A stretch of 56,120 nucleotides of DNA, filler included, from Platydemus manokwari (Eukaryota), in NCBI GenBank assembly GCA_037951405.1. It is 5 parts of 5 records of this genome, joined end to end, with 100 filler letters (N's around TTAATTAATTAA, not from the genome) between each part and the next. Parts side by side here need not be neighbours in the genome. Positions count along the whole stretch, not along the records: positions 32,774 to 45,281 come from JBBMOY010107787.1; positions 45,382 to 56,120 come from JBBMOY011109220.1; 3 more parts are not named here. One strand, written 5' to 3'. This document shows positions 36,521 to 48,700 of this stretch, piece after piece (position 1 is the stretch's first letter; each line of letters starts with the position of its first letter). The position numbers and the translations under genes are program-made. The notes beneath the pieces are model-generated. The model was not told where the DNA came from and searched no databases. It worked only from the letters and a program-made list of their open reading frames with translations.

Positions 36521-39307
36521 ATATTGGTGTAATTAAAAAAACGATTAATTTCAGACCTTGCGGTCCCTTAAAAGTATTTAAGTTCCTACTTCATTGGTCA
36601 CCACATTTATTTTGTGTTCAGACAGTCTATCAAATTTCTAAAAGATTGTTGAATTTTTAATTCAATGAACTGAAAAAATATATTTTTTTTACGTTATAAT
36701 TACTTATTTATTTTTATCTTATTTTTAGCATCTATATATTTTTGCGTACACAATATTTTATTTGGTTGGAGCCAGGTACTTCAAAGATTAATTATCAAAT
36801 TAAAAATCTTTCGGATAACATCTTAAATAGTCATGTGTTTTGATTGAAGGAACCTTTGATTATTATCCTATATTTTTATGCAAAATTCAATGAATCTTTA
36901 ACAGTGCTTTGACAACAAACTTTATCTTTTCTAAATTATATATATCAAAGGAATATTTTTAACTTAATAATTGACTAATTAATTAAATTCAGAAATGTGA
37001 AAGAATCAGAATTTTTGACACCATCTATTTCATGATTGTTTCCTGCGATTGTTTGCTTTGTGAAGTTTTTTATGGTTATTTAAAAAACCAATTTTCAATT
37101 TGAACAGAGTTACACGTATGATTAAAACACAATGCGCAATATCCGATAAATGATGTGATCAATTAATTTCAAATAACCAGATCAAATACACAGGCCAACA
37201 TTAAATAAAAACAGCCCATTGAAACAATCTAACCAACTAGGATGTGAAATAACAGAAAGAATTGTTATGATACTGTTTTGAAATAAGACACTTATACGTC
37301 CTCAAATAAATTATAAAAACACAGTGATCCGAGACTTAAAAACCAGTTGATGAACCAATGGTGGTTATCATTTGACTTTCAATATTTGTTATCTAATTAC
37401 TTGTAATATTATTATTGACAATAGAATTGCAGGCATCAAATGTTCAAGTATTGAAAAAAACAATTATTGAAGTTTAAAGTGTTTCCTCTTCTATTCTCAA
37501 CGATATATTTTCTCCTTTTAATGAATTCATATAGAAAATGGTTTTGTAAAATATTTTAAGTCCACATTTTAGAACTCTGTCTAATTTGCAAATAGAAAAT
37601 CAACGACCTTTGGCTGTAGAAGTTCCTTTCTATCGGAATAATTTTTGAAGTTATTTTAGATAAATTTGTTTCGTTTATATCTTTTTATAATTTATTCAAA
37701 TATTATTCGAAACTTAAGGTTTTACTTTTAAGATACTCGCTTGCAACCATGCCGTCACTCACCAGTACTTCAGCGATCCATATCGGATTTACTTTATATT
37801 ATAGAAAGAAAAACAAGATTTTAATGTTTGACCACTGAAAAATAATGCTTGTAAATATATTAACAACGAAAAGAACATAAGATAAATTGAGTCAATAATT
37901 TTCAATCAATTTTATTGATTTCCGTTTAGTCATAACATTGTAGTTCAAAACTTGTGATAAAAAATATATTGAATATCAGAATAATATTGAATATCGTTCT
38001 AATGGTTTTGAAGATGTAAGCGAATTTTTTAATATAATTTTTGAAGAATTGTTTATCAGTTGTGATGACTTAATTTTTATTGCCTTAAATAATATTTGAT
38101 TTACGGCAATAAGTTTGGTAGGAGTAAAATTTTATTACAAAAGTATTAATGAAGAAATAATACAAAAGAATGTTTTATGATAAAAGTGAAGTACATAAAT
38201 AATTTCATTTAATTTAAAATGCATTCGACTAGCGAGTTTTGTTTTGATTCTGAGACTATGTATTCATTTGATTAAATTTAAATGTGGCTTTATTATTATT
38301 AATCAAAGTCTTGCCAAGTTTCTAAGATTTTACTTTTAATTTGTTATAAAATTTTAAAGTTTAATAATGATATTCAAATTTTTTAAAACAAAACAATACT
38401 AAACAATTAGCCATGATAAATTTGTTATAACACAAAATTAAAATTTTATATTTATTTTAAATATCTTTTATGATAAAATTAAAAAATATTAAAATTACAT
38501 TTAAATTATAAACTAATTTAGAAACAGTTAATTAATTAATAAAGTTAATTGAGTGATTTGAAAAACTATTTGTTCATTATCAGAAACATAGTTCCTCTGG
38601 GAATTTGAAAAGTTTGATTTTTAGTCTAGATTAATAGTGAAAACTTTTAAATGATGACTTTCAATATCATTTATGATAAATTTTGATAAACATCACATCG
38701 ATCATTTAGCCATCAGGCCTTTTATGAACTTAGTTTACTACTATTTAAATTCCATTTGGTATATTGTTCATAATTATGATATTGTTTCTGAATATTTGAA
38801 TCACGAAATCCCATCACGCAAAAACAAAATATATTATTAATAATAATGAATACATTATAAAAATTAATAACCACAGAATTAAAGATGATCTTCAATATAC
38901 ATATTTTAAAATTTTAATACAAATTGAAATAAAATTTAAAGCAGAATATTTCATTGGTTCAAAGATTAAAGATAGAGATGAAAAGAAAACAAAAACTCGA
39001 GACATCATATGAAAGTTTGATGTAAAAGTGAAAATGAAAATAAAAATTCGATATTTTTCCACTCTAGTAATTTGTCAGTACTATAAACAACGATTGTTAT
39101 AAATTAATAGCAAAACTAAATGTCTAAATAACAAGTTATTCATCAAAGTTGTTAAGAAAATTTTTTTGAAGACTAAAATTAATGAAATTTACAAGATCTA
39201 CAATTTGTCATAAAAGTAATTATTTTAAGCTACTTTCTATCAGCAATAAAATTGCAAATTGATATATCATTATTTAAGTTGGCCTTAATTTAAATGAACT
39301 TGATATT

Positions 39308-39415
39308 ATTGGCTCATGGAATAATAGCGAAGAAATGAAACATTTTAAATGGACAAAGCGGTTTAATTTATTTATAAATAGTAATGAAATTTCATGAAAA
39401 TTTCACTCATCATTC
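39308..39415 (+). promoter_or_regulatory. Candidate core promoter of the DEG/ENaC gene
   Basis: Reverse CCAAT (ATTGG, 39308), TATAAATA at 39373-39380 and Inr-like TCACTC at 39403, ~30 nt after the TATA and just before the ATG. Weak in AT-rich DNA. Confidence 0.33.
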
Positions 39416-39421
39416 TGTCAA

Positions 39422-40912
39422 ATGATCAATTTAATTCAGCGAAGCACCATTCATGGTATTAATCACATGTACAGTTCTACTAGTAGAATCTCGAAATTAT
39501 TCTGGCTAGTTCTACTTTTATCTGGTATTGTCGGTATCGGTGTAACGACAAGTTTTGTGATTATTAAATATTTATCGAAACCAATCTCAATGCGATATAC
39601 TTGGGATTATGAATCGTTCATTTGGCCAAATTTAGTATTCTGTGTTCCTCAATCGCCCATAAAAATTGATGGGGATTCTCCTGCTTCTCAATATTGGAAT
39701 CAAACAATTAGTAAATATAAAGAATCTATTCATTATTTACATCATCAATTTAAAGACCAACAACAATCATTTAAAGATCACATTGAAAAAGCTACCTTTA
39801 TGTCGAGTATTGAACCAATAAAATTACAAACAAATAATTATACTAATCTGATCAGGTCTATAAGTTATGATAGATCATATTCTACTGTGCGATTTTATCA
39901 CGATTCGAAAAATTTCGAATATAACACATTCCCAGATTGGGATCCATTATTTACAAGTTCTTGGTATCCAATGCCTTATAATATTCCTTGTCACATATTT
40001 CACTTGGATAAATCCAAACAAGTTAAAACAGCTGATATACAAAGACTTGAATTTCATTTGATATTGAATTATGATAGCTATAAACTTTTTAATGGCATCA
40101 ATGAAGGTAGATCGGTACATTTGTATCTCAATTATAAAAATGAAATTTCAGAAAGACCAATTATTCTGACACCTGGTTTCAAAACCGAAATAAGAATAAC
40201 TGAAAGTCGATATTTATATAATGGGATACAAAGAAAATGTAGAAATGACCTGTTTACAGTTCAACTCTATGATGCTCTTTTTCATTCGACGGATACATTT
40301 GAAGGAAATGTTGATTTATGTATATCGATAGAAAGTCAGAAGCTGTACGTTCGTATGTGTGGATGTTACAATCCATTTTTACCAGTCTATAAAAATGAAA
40401 GTGGATTACCAAGAATTTGTTTGAATGGATCAATATTTACAAAATTCGATATGACGAAAAATTTAAATTGCCTTTTGAATATATCTAATATATTTGGGAA
40501 AAGATATTTCCGTACCTGCCGTAAATACAGAACAATGAAATGTAATAACGTTAAATTTAAAACAGATGTTAGAAACACTATGATTGTTGAATTATGGTCG
40601 AATTCAGTCAGTGACAGTCAACGTCAATTTTTAAGAGATATCCATGATAGTCATTTTGGAAATATGAAAAACAATCAAACTTTTCTTCAACTTTTGCGAG
40701 ATAATTTGATTATCCTCAACTTGGAAAGAGAATCCGTATATGGTGATTCTCACAAAGAAGAACTAGATTATGGTTTATCGGAATTATTATCAGGCATTGG
40801 TGGATTGATGGGATTGTGGATGGGAGTGAGTGTGGTCGGATTATTTGAAATTGTCCAATATTCTTACTATATTATTAAATCTTGTTCACGCAACAAAATT
40901 TATCAAAAGTGA
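39422..40912 (+). CDS. DEG/ENaC (amiloride-sensitive sodium channel family) subunit, intronless, 496 aa
   Basis: STIHG pre-TM1 motif, TM1 FWLVLLLSGIVGIGVTTSFVIIKYL, WPNLVFC (FPxVTxC equivalent), Cys-rich thumb (MCGC), TM2 LLSGIGGLMGLWMGVSVVGLFEIV with GxS selectivity filter. Confidence 0.94.
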   Translation: MINLIQRSTIHGINHMYSSTSRISKLFWLVLLLSGIVGIGVTTSFVIIKYLSKPISMRYTWDYESFIWPNLVFCVPQSPIKIDGDSPASQYWNQTISKYKESIHYLHHQFKDQQQSFKDHIEKATFMSSIEPIKLQTNNYTNLIRSISYDRSYSTVRFYHDSKNFEYNTFPDWDPLFTSSWYPMPYNIPCHIFHLDKSKQVKTADIQRLEFHLILNYDSYKLFNGINEGRSVHLYLNYKNEISERPIILTPGFKTEIRITESRYLYNGIQRKCRNDLFTVQLYDALFHSTDTFEGNVDLCISIESQKLYVRMCGCYNPFLPVYKNESGLPRICLNGSIFTKFDMTKNLNCLLNISNIFGKRYFRTCRKYRTMKCNNVKFKTDVRNTMIVELWSNSVSDSQRQFLRDIHDSHFGNMKNNQTFLQLLRDNLIILNLERESVYGDSHKEELDYGLSELLSGIGGLMGLWMGVSVVGLFEIVQYSYYIIKSCSRNKIYQK

Positions 40913-43269
40913 GGCAATGAAATTACTAAAGAAATTTGAATTGTCATCAGACTTGACTTTATTTATCTTCGTAAAAAATTTGTGATGAAAACTTATTTTG
41001 TTTGACAAAATAATATCTCGGGAAATTCATAAAATTTACAATTTATTCATCGTTCCTAGAAATTTGAGATTCGTCATTGTGATAATTTTTTGCTTATTTA
41101 CATTATATACTAAATTTTGAACATATTTAGAAAATCCTCATCTCTAAATTTATATTTAACGATATTTGTTGTTTATTCCATGTTGACCTTTTTGGAATCT
41201 AAATAGACGTGATAGAAAAATTCAAATAAATATTTTTAAACTTTATTGTTTTATTTTATATATTCATATCTTATAATATATCGCAAATTTACTCATATTC
41301 CAATTTTAGTTATCGATTTATGTCAAATGGGATGATGTAATATTTATGTGTGATTCGTTTTATAGACATGTGTTTTGCCAGATAGAGATCTTTGTTTTAT
41401 ACTGAATCTGATTGGTCAGTCATTGTATCTATATGACTGTGTAAATATGTGTGCGTAGAGTATGTTGGAGTTATATTGAGATAGACGAAATCGAATTAAA
41501 ATGTTGTTTATACGATAACAATTAAGACAGCTATTTACAATTTTTAGAATGATATATATGATGAAGGCTCCGATTTTATTCCCAATAGAATCTGTTCCTG
41601 TCAGATATGAAGGAAGTGTTCTAACTTTATATCACTGATCATAATTTAAATATGAATGAATAGTCAGGGTTATTATTAACTATTCTAAAAAATATGATAA
41701 GTAAATATTCAAAAAATTAATAACTCAACAATGTTGACAATCAGACCCTTCAGTAAAAGGATTCAGGTGTGTCCAACTAGGTGAAGAGACGTACCTGTAA
41801 TAAAAAAAGAAAGCGGGAGATGAAGTAGTGACCTTAGCAATTGAGAACAATTACATAGTTATCGAAATAGCTGTGGGCGCATAATAGTAACAAATACATT
41901 TACTCATCATGTGATCGATTGAGTTAAAATAATTTTCGTAGGATAAATATTTCTAGAAATTTTGCTTTGTAAATAGATGCCTTGGATGAATATATTCACT
42001 GGTAATTTCTTCGCTAAAATGAGTAGACAATTTAACAGATTATTGCGAGCTAACGGAATTTTTTACGCTCATATAGTGATATTGTAGGTCGCATGCGTCA
42101 TTTTGGTGTGTAAATTTTTGGACTCTCTTTGTTGCTAATTTTAACAACTCTACACTATTTTAACAATGACGTATTTACTAAAAATAGATTTTTGAAATAA
42201 ATTTTTTAACCTTAGTTTTCGTTTTGGTTACCTTGAGGTCAGTTAAACAAAAAAAATTGTTATGGTAAAACAAAATTTTTTGTTTTATTTATTTTAAAAT
42301 ATTTTATGTGATATTTTTTTTTAATTTAATTTTTCTTTTATCAGTTTTATGTAAAAAATTGTAAATTATATTTTATTTTTCTTTTGAATATTTTTTAATT
42401 CCATATACAGTTTTGTACGATTGGGTTTAATTTTTAGATTAAAATTTTATAATTTTATTTTCACTTAATGTTTAATATTTTCTTTGACTAAAAACGTATG
42501 TCCTAATTTAAGGGTATATTGGATTCTACAAGCATGTGAATAAACGATCAAAATAACTCTACGGAGACCATGACATAACCATCAAACTTTGGCAGGGTAT
42601 ACACCAATAACAGGCCATGAACAGCGAGATACGCTATAAAAACGTAAATAAAAAAATCTCCGAGAATAACTGTCAGTATTTTATGTTGGCTAAGCAGTGT
42701 CTGTTATAATTTTTTATATGATTATTCTTACCACAGTATTTTGTGTTTCTGTCTCTGTTTCCATTTTGATTCGGTTGTGACTTGATACTCATTTTAAGGT
42801 TAATTTCCTTAATAAATCTTTTTCTTTAAAGACTTCATTTAATAGCTCACATTCATCCCCACTTTTTGATTATCAATGATATTTATACTCTTGATAGATT
42901 GTCTTCCACTTATTGACTTGTTTCCAATAATCGCCTAACATTAAGTCCCGAAAAATCCGCAAACAACATTGATATACTTTAAAATCCCTATCCGCAAATT
43001 CTATTATCACTGAATTTCTTTAATAATCATAATAATAAATTTTAAGAAAAATACTTAAAGTGCATTAAGATAATTGATCAAAAAGATAGAACAATAAATG
43101 GGTTGGCAAAGTAAATCAACAAAATAAAGCAAAAATTTTAAACTTACTGATGCACAAAAGTGGAAATCCAAACACGTGAAAGAAATACAAAAAATATTCA
43201 GTATCATTGACGGACATGATCACAAAAAAGTCAAGTCAATAGCAATAAATAATAAAAGTCAGCCAATGA

Positions 43270-43520
43270 AAATTAAGAGCAACTAACAACACAATTTACA
43301 TATACATTAGACTTCAATGTTCCATATGGTAGAGAAAGAAATTCTTGAAGACCATTCAAAAATATTCGTAGATCTCATTTTAAAAAAATAAAGATGCAAT
43401 GCGAAAGAACCCAGAGATATAAGTTCCTATTAAAACAATTTTCAACGAAGTAATTTGGTTCTCCGGGGATAAAATAGAATAACATATTCACTCATACTCA
43501 TGTATGACACACATTATATA
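43270..43520 (+). mobile_element. Possible decayed L1/Tx1-like ORF1 fragment
   Basis: Frameshifted pieces IYIYIRLQ / NVPYG / VEKEILEDHSKIF / WFSGDKI resemble RRM-type ORF1 of non-LTR elements. Lies next to the 3' end of the penton relic in opposite orientation. Confidence 0.28.
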
Positions 43521-43589
43521 TTTACGAAAAAGTCAACCGAGCAAGTAAAATTTAGTAATTTCAAGATTAATGAACGTGAAATTAAAGTC

Positions 43590-44037
43590 ACCCCATATTT
43601 ACTGGAAAAATCTTCAATGGGGAAATAATATAATGAGGAACACTAGCTGGAAAACTATAAATAATATTCGATTTTATTAAAGCATATTTACCGTTTGTGT
43701 TTTGTCCAGATACAAAATTTCCGACTGCTATTTAACATACAACGTTTACTAAGGTAAGCTCAGATATATTTGTTGAGTTCCAAAATGTGTACAATTTATT
43801 TTAATCAAATTCTAAAACCGAACCTAAAATAATTAATTTTATAATTCCTTTTGTAATTAGCTTACATTTTAAACTATCCTTATCAGGGTCTATTTTTACA
43901 TTATATATTCGGTTTCATTAGTATCAAGTTGTGTAATTCCATTAATTATATACTCACCAACATTTCGCATTCTTTCTTTACTATTAGATTTTATCATTGT
44001 GCTATATCTTTTAGAAATAATATGAATTAACTTCCAT
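43590..44037 (-). pseudogene. Polinton/adintovirus-like minor capsid (penton) relic
   Basis: Broken frames give NVKIDPDKDSLKCKLITKG and ILGSVLEFD*NKLYTFWNSTNISELTLVNVVC*IAVGNFVSGQNTNG..SNIIYSFPASVPHYI, matching the recalled penton pattern LKC..SLLGF..VNI..I.V.CDI..GSY.NG....IY.F.P.VP.GY.I. Confidence 0.6.
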
Positions 44038-44061
44038 TTCTAATTATCACTAATATAGCAA

Positions 44062-44445
44062 TTAGTCGTATGGTGAAAAATAAAGCCCATCATCTTTAAT
44101 CTATTTTAGAGATTGTAACTTTTTATATCCAGTATTTTTAAAAATAACAATAGAGATTTAAATAAATACCAGCTTCTTTACCACCATTGTTTTCTTGTTT
44201 CAATTCACCTTTTGGCTTTAAATCTGCTTATTCTTCCTTTACTTTCTCAGCTTCTAAATTGGTTTCAACTATCTCCGCGTCTGTGTTCTTAGCTTGCTTT
44301 GCTGGAGTTACTTTAAATGGAATTCCACTAACAATTCCTGCTGCTCCACCTAAATTTGCCATAATTAGTGATAATGGAGCTAATAACGGAAAAACACCAC
44401 CAGATTTTTGTTTCTTATAGTCTTCTTTATTTTCTATAAATTTAT
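44062..44445 (-). pseudogene. Polinton/adintovirus-like GG-motif (protease-cleaved, membrane-active-like) virion protein relic
   Basis: KKQKSGGVFPLLAPLSLIMANLGGAAGIVSGI..AKQAKN..EE*..AGIYLNL and DGLYFSPYD*. Resembles the GGFLPL..LAGGAAGIAKAV..G.GLYL.PY proteins of Polinton/adintovirus genomes. Contains an internal stop and frameshifts. Confidence 0.6.
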
Positions 44446-44469
44446 TAATTATTTTTAGTAAAGCTACTT

Positions 44470-45265
44470 CAGGTTCTTTGAAGCCAATTATAATATATCT
44501 TAGTCTAATTTTTAATAAAGCTACTCAGGGACATCGATGAGATTTGAAAGTCTATTTAAATAATTCTCTGCATTTGGAGTTAAGTCAGGCATACAAAATT
44601 CCAATGATTTAACAGTTAATTTTCCCTCTATATTTGCCCCATAAAATATCTTCTTATCATCTATTTTTCTATTTAAGGTGAATTTAATAATCATCAATAA
44701 TAATGGTCTATTGAACTTCTCTAAAAATCCAAATATGTGTTTTAATGAAAATATTCCTGTGTACAAATTATAAAAGGCTTTTCTTCTTCTGAATTCCTTA
44801 TTGTCTTTATATTTATCTTCATTAGTTTTATCTGAAATACATGATGTTAATTCACCAGTTCTTTCATCAGATTGTATTAATAATATAAAATTTAACATAC
44901 TATACATTTCTCCAACATTTGTAATATTTTCAATTTCATGAGTTCCTAATGTTAAACTCGTGGAGTAAAATAAATTAGGAAAGAAATTAGTTTCTAAATT
45001 AATGTCATGGTTTTCTTCTACACCAGCAGCATTTTTGTCTTTTCAAATCCAATTTCAATTTCATATCTCAAGAAACTATTACAAATATCTACAGGATTTA
45101 AAGCTTACTGGGATTCAAAAATAATACCTTTGGGTTCTTTTAAATTTTATGCTGTAGTTGATAATGGGTTAATAATATATAAATCTTATTTTTTAATTTG
45201 ATGTTTAAATTTTCAATTCAATAATTCCAGATTTGTCAGATTTTTAGAGCAAAAAAGTAATTTCA
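44470..45265 (-). pseudogene. Polinton/adintovirus-like double-jelly-roll major capsid protein relic
   Basis: INPLSTTA*NLKEPKGIIFESQ*..NSFLRYEIEI / INLETNFFPNLFYSTSLTLGTHEIENITNVGEMYSMLNFI..SLKHIFGFLEKFNRPL..KFTLNRKIDDKKIF..GKLTVKSLEFCMPDLTP, then LRYIIIGFK. These follow the recalled MCP motifs in order (NN...LF....L.G.EIE...G; PLKHIFGF..Y.K; L.L.R..D; GK......W.MP.V.P; PRYII.GFQ). Stops, frameshifts and deletions are present. Confidence 0.75.
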
Positions 45266-45281
45266 TTTCTCTAAAACAAAT

Positions 45282-45381
45282 NNNNNNNNNNNNNNNNNNN
45301 NNNNNNNNNNNNNNNNNNNNNNNNNTTAATTAATTAANNNNNNNNNNNNNNNNNNNNNNNNNNNNNNNNNNNNNNNNNNNN
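45282..45381. other. Artificial contig linker
   Basis: N44-TTAATTAATTAA-N44. Confidence 0.97.
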
Positions 45382-45483
45382 ATATCTGCAAATGGAAAAT
45401 ATTTTGATTGAATTTCATTAAATAAATATTTTAAAAAATGTTTTTGTTTTTAAAAAAAGCCGGAATCATACTAATACACCTAA
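45382..45483 (+). mobile_element. 3' end of a mariner transposon: last transposase codons, 3' UTR and right TIR
   Basis: 45382-45411 translates ISANGKYFD*, like the mariner transposase C-terminus (Mos1 recalled as ..VASDGKYFE*). TIR ends CACCTAA at 45483, followed by TA. Second copy at 21816-21890. Confidence 0.82.
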
Positions 45484-46043
45484 TAATATTGTGTCGTTCT
45501 AATTTTCGGCATCATCTGGTCTTGTAGGGGTTTTCTATTTACAGTGTCTTGTTTGTCGAGTGATTTTTTCAATTTTCGAAAAATTTGGGTTGCCATCACA
45601 GGATCTTCTCCATCAGCTCATGAGATCACCTCTATTTCCAAGGAAATTTTTATATCAAAAATTTCAATTCACAATTTCCGCACCATTGCTAATATTAGAC
45701 GTTTAATTTTCTGCAAACTTGGTGACATATATTTGAAATAACAGGTAATCATTTGTTGTCACTTCATACTGATATTACCAATTATTTAAATTCGATATTT
45801 TTTAGGGTTTTTTCTATTATTGTATTTATGGATATTTTTGTATATAAGATGTATTTATAATTGTATTTATATATTAATTTTGACATTTATACAAAAATAA
45901 TAATAAAATCAAATAATGCTGTAGTCAGTAAAGTTACAAAAATTGAGTTAACTACGTGAATAAAAGTTATCAATATAATAATCGATCTTGTCAAAATAAT
46001 ATTTTCATTGAATTTCTTGAGTATGCACTGAGATTTATCATAT

Positions 46044-46616
46044 TGTTGGGTAGGTCACAAAAGCAGCTACAATATTTATGGAAACCATGGAAATAACCCT
46101 CAAATCATAGATAGACACATATCTAACAAAGGCACGCACCAATAGCCAATCAGAGTTCTATGTATCAATCTACATTTAGAAGTCACTAATCGACTGGTAC
46201 ATACCAACAAATGGCCACAAACATTGCTATTCACCTATGACACGAGGAATGTGAGAGAAATTTGTTAGGAGACAAACGTCTGGACGGCTCTATCAAATGA
46301 AATGTAAAGCTCTGAGACATCAATTGAACACACATGACGAGCGTATAAAAGGAGTATGATTTCACGAGCAACTGGCAGTCATTTTGGTCAGTGACCGTCA
46401 TTCTGTTCTTTGACTTTGGTGTGATTTTTCTGACAACTGGCTTTCTTGGTAGTCTTCTGTTCTGTATTCAACCTTCCGGGTTGATCCCATCTTGAGTGAT
46501 TAACTATTATTGTTGTGGGGCGATTTCTTAATTGTATTTACTGACGAGTTGAGTCTGAAATTCTTTGTGATTTAAATTATAATTTTCAGTTTTCAGTGCT
46601 AGTTAATAATCTAACA
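46044..46616 (+). mobile_element. Probable solo LTR (573 bp)
   Basis: GC-elevated island bounded by TGTTGG..CTAACA, flanked by ATAT/GTAT (imperfect 4-bp TSD), with internal TATAAAAG at 46345 and CAGT ~31 nt downstream. No ORF. Confidence 0.5.
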
Positions 46617-48149
46617 GTATTAACTACAAAGTTAGAACAAAATGACGAATATTATATTAATATTAGAATTATTTTTTGTAAAAAAAATTATCGAACTTGT
46701 GCAAAAAAATAGTCTATCTAAATGAAATAATTTTTATCGCGAATTAAAGTTGATTTACTTTTTAAATTATCGGTGTAATAATGAGAGGATTAATTGATAT
46801 AAAAATTAAGTATTACCGTCACAATAAAAAATTGAAAATTCCATAAATGAATAACTAATTTAAAAGTTACATTAGAGTTAGGAAACTGGAATGAGATTTG
46901 TCAGGTGTTTTGTTCTCTCTCTCAGCATTGAAGTCAAGTGGTGAAACGATTTTTTAAAATTTAATTATAAACAATAATTATTATAATAATATTTATCAAA
47001 ATCTGAATTACAATATGAAGACGAATTTCAGAACAATTATATTTTTCAGTTTGTCGGTGACCATCCGAGCCATTTCCTAGCCATCTGTACAACCAAAGAG
47101 TTATAAACAATAAGTACAACAATTTTTTAAATAAAATAGAAACAAAATTTAATTCTTCAATAAAAATTATTCATAACATTTTTAAATTTGTTCTATCGCA
47201 TCAAAATTAAAATTGTTTAATCGACCTAAAAGCCATAAGGGAATTTCAATTAAAATATAAAGTAGTACTCACTGGGGTGAATGAGTTCGAAAATAGAATT
47301 TTGGATTTTAGCCTGGTAATTGATGAAAAACGGGGTGATCGCAGAACGAGAAGATTGGATTAAAGAAAAGCCCACAGTGAACATTTCATGCCTGTGAAAA
47401 CCGGCTGCGATTAACAAAAATTGGACTACAAAAAACCCGAATTTCGGACTTTGATTTTCAAATGAGATATTTTTATGTTTTGAAATAAATCTTCATATCT
47501 TCACAACAGAATTTACTAAAAATAACTATTTGAAATTACCCATAACATACACCAAAATTAGTAACACGTGTTACTAAGTATAGAATGTTACTAAAAATGT
47601 AGATATAACGCATATAACACACCAAAATGCAAATAGTATATAAACGACCAACAACAACCATTATATGCACAGTTATTTCTAGAGCACAAGCCTTAAATTA
47701 ACGAATTTTATTTACAAGAAAATATTTCTTATTTAACGAGAAGCTATTTCATTAATTTTGAATCATTACAAGAAGCGTTCCGGTTATCCCATTTGATTTT
47801 CAACATTTTATACAACAAGTAAATTTTTTATTGTAGTATCAATTAACTGCAGATCCATGAATAGTACTAGCTTTGCGGTCATACTTGATTCCACACTTTT
47901 ATTATTTACGTAGAGACTTGTTCTAGCACCTTAGCGTTACGCCCTTTACCTTTATCTTGAGGTTTCAGTGCTTAAACAATAGCAGTGTAAACATCTGAAG
48001 TATATTAAAATTTGCTTATCATTTGATAAATTTTAATGTACCTTTTCAGTTTCATTTTATTGGTACTATTTATATCATATTTGTCTCGTTGTATAGTTAT
48101 CTATTTGATTTAAATAGACTGTTTATTAATAATTATTCTAAATTACATC

Positions 48150-48700
48150 CTTAAAACTCTGAAAAAAGTTGGATAATATAATTGAAAATAACATAGTTTG
48201 GGTTATAAATTATAGTATATATTCTTAAATTGCGACCTTCACTGTTATAACATCTCAACGAGACTATGATATTGTAGTTGGTCTTATTCAAACCGAACGA
48301 TGCTTCATTTGTTGAATCATCGGTTTCATTAATTTCCATTAAATAGATGCATTTAACATTTGTCTCATACTTTATACAATATCTTTCTAATTGAGAACCA
48401 ACAGTGAAGAACTATTAAATCTTAGTGTAAGAACGAGAAGAATGACCCTTTGATTATGCCAAACCTTATCATAAGTATTAGATACTCTGGTTTGTTAATA
48501 AAACAGCTTATTTTTCAATTTTTAAATATGTTGATGAAGTATCATTGTTCTTAACCTTAAAATTCTGCATCACATTACTTTTGATTGACTACAGTTTTTT
48601 AAATTCAATTGATTTGTTATTGGCAATATTTCTGTCAATTTTTATAAGTCTGATATCTCTTACAGGAGCTTCGATTATTCATTCAGACTTATGCTAATGA
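48150..48700 (-). mobile_element. Possible heavily decayed non-LTR reverse transcriptase fragment
   Basis: Across frameshifts, AVLLTNQS / NTYDKVWH resembles the RT D..KAYD.V.H motif, preceded by SLNE*SKLL. Many stops. Confidence 0.28.

Noticed and set aside
44187-44420. Plus-strand 77-aa ORF
   Set aside because: It is the antisense of the GG-motif viral protein relic.
8856-45381. Four identical TTAATTAATTAA palindromes within N runs, and any gene-cluster reading across them
   Set aside because: Fixed 44+12+44 layout with six-frame stops marks an assembly concatenation linker; the five contigs need not be neighbours.
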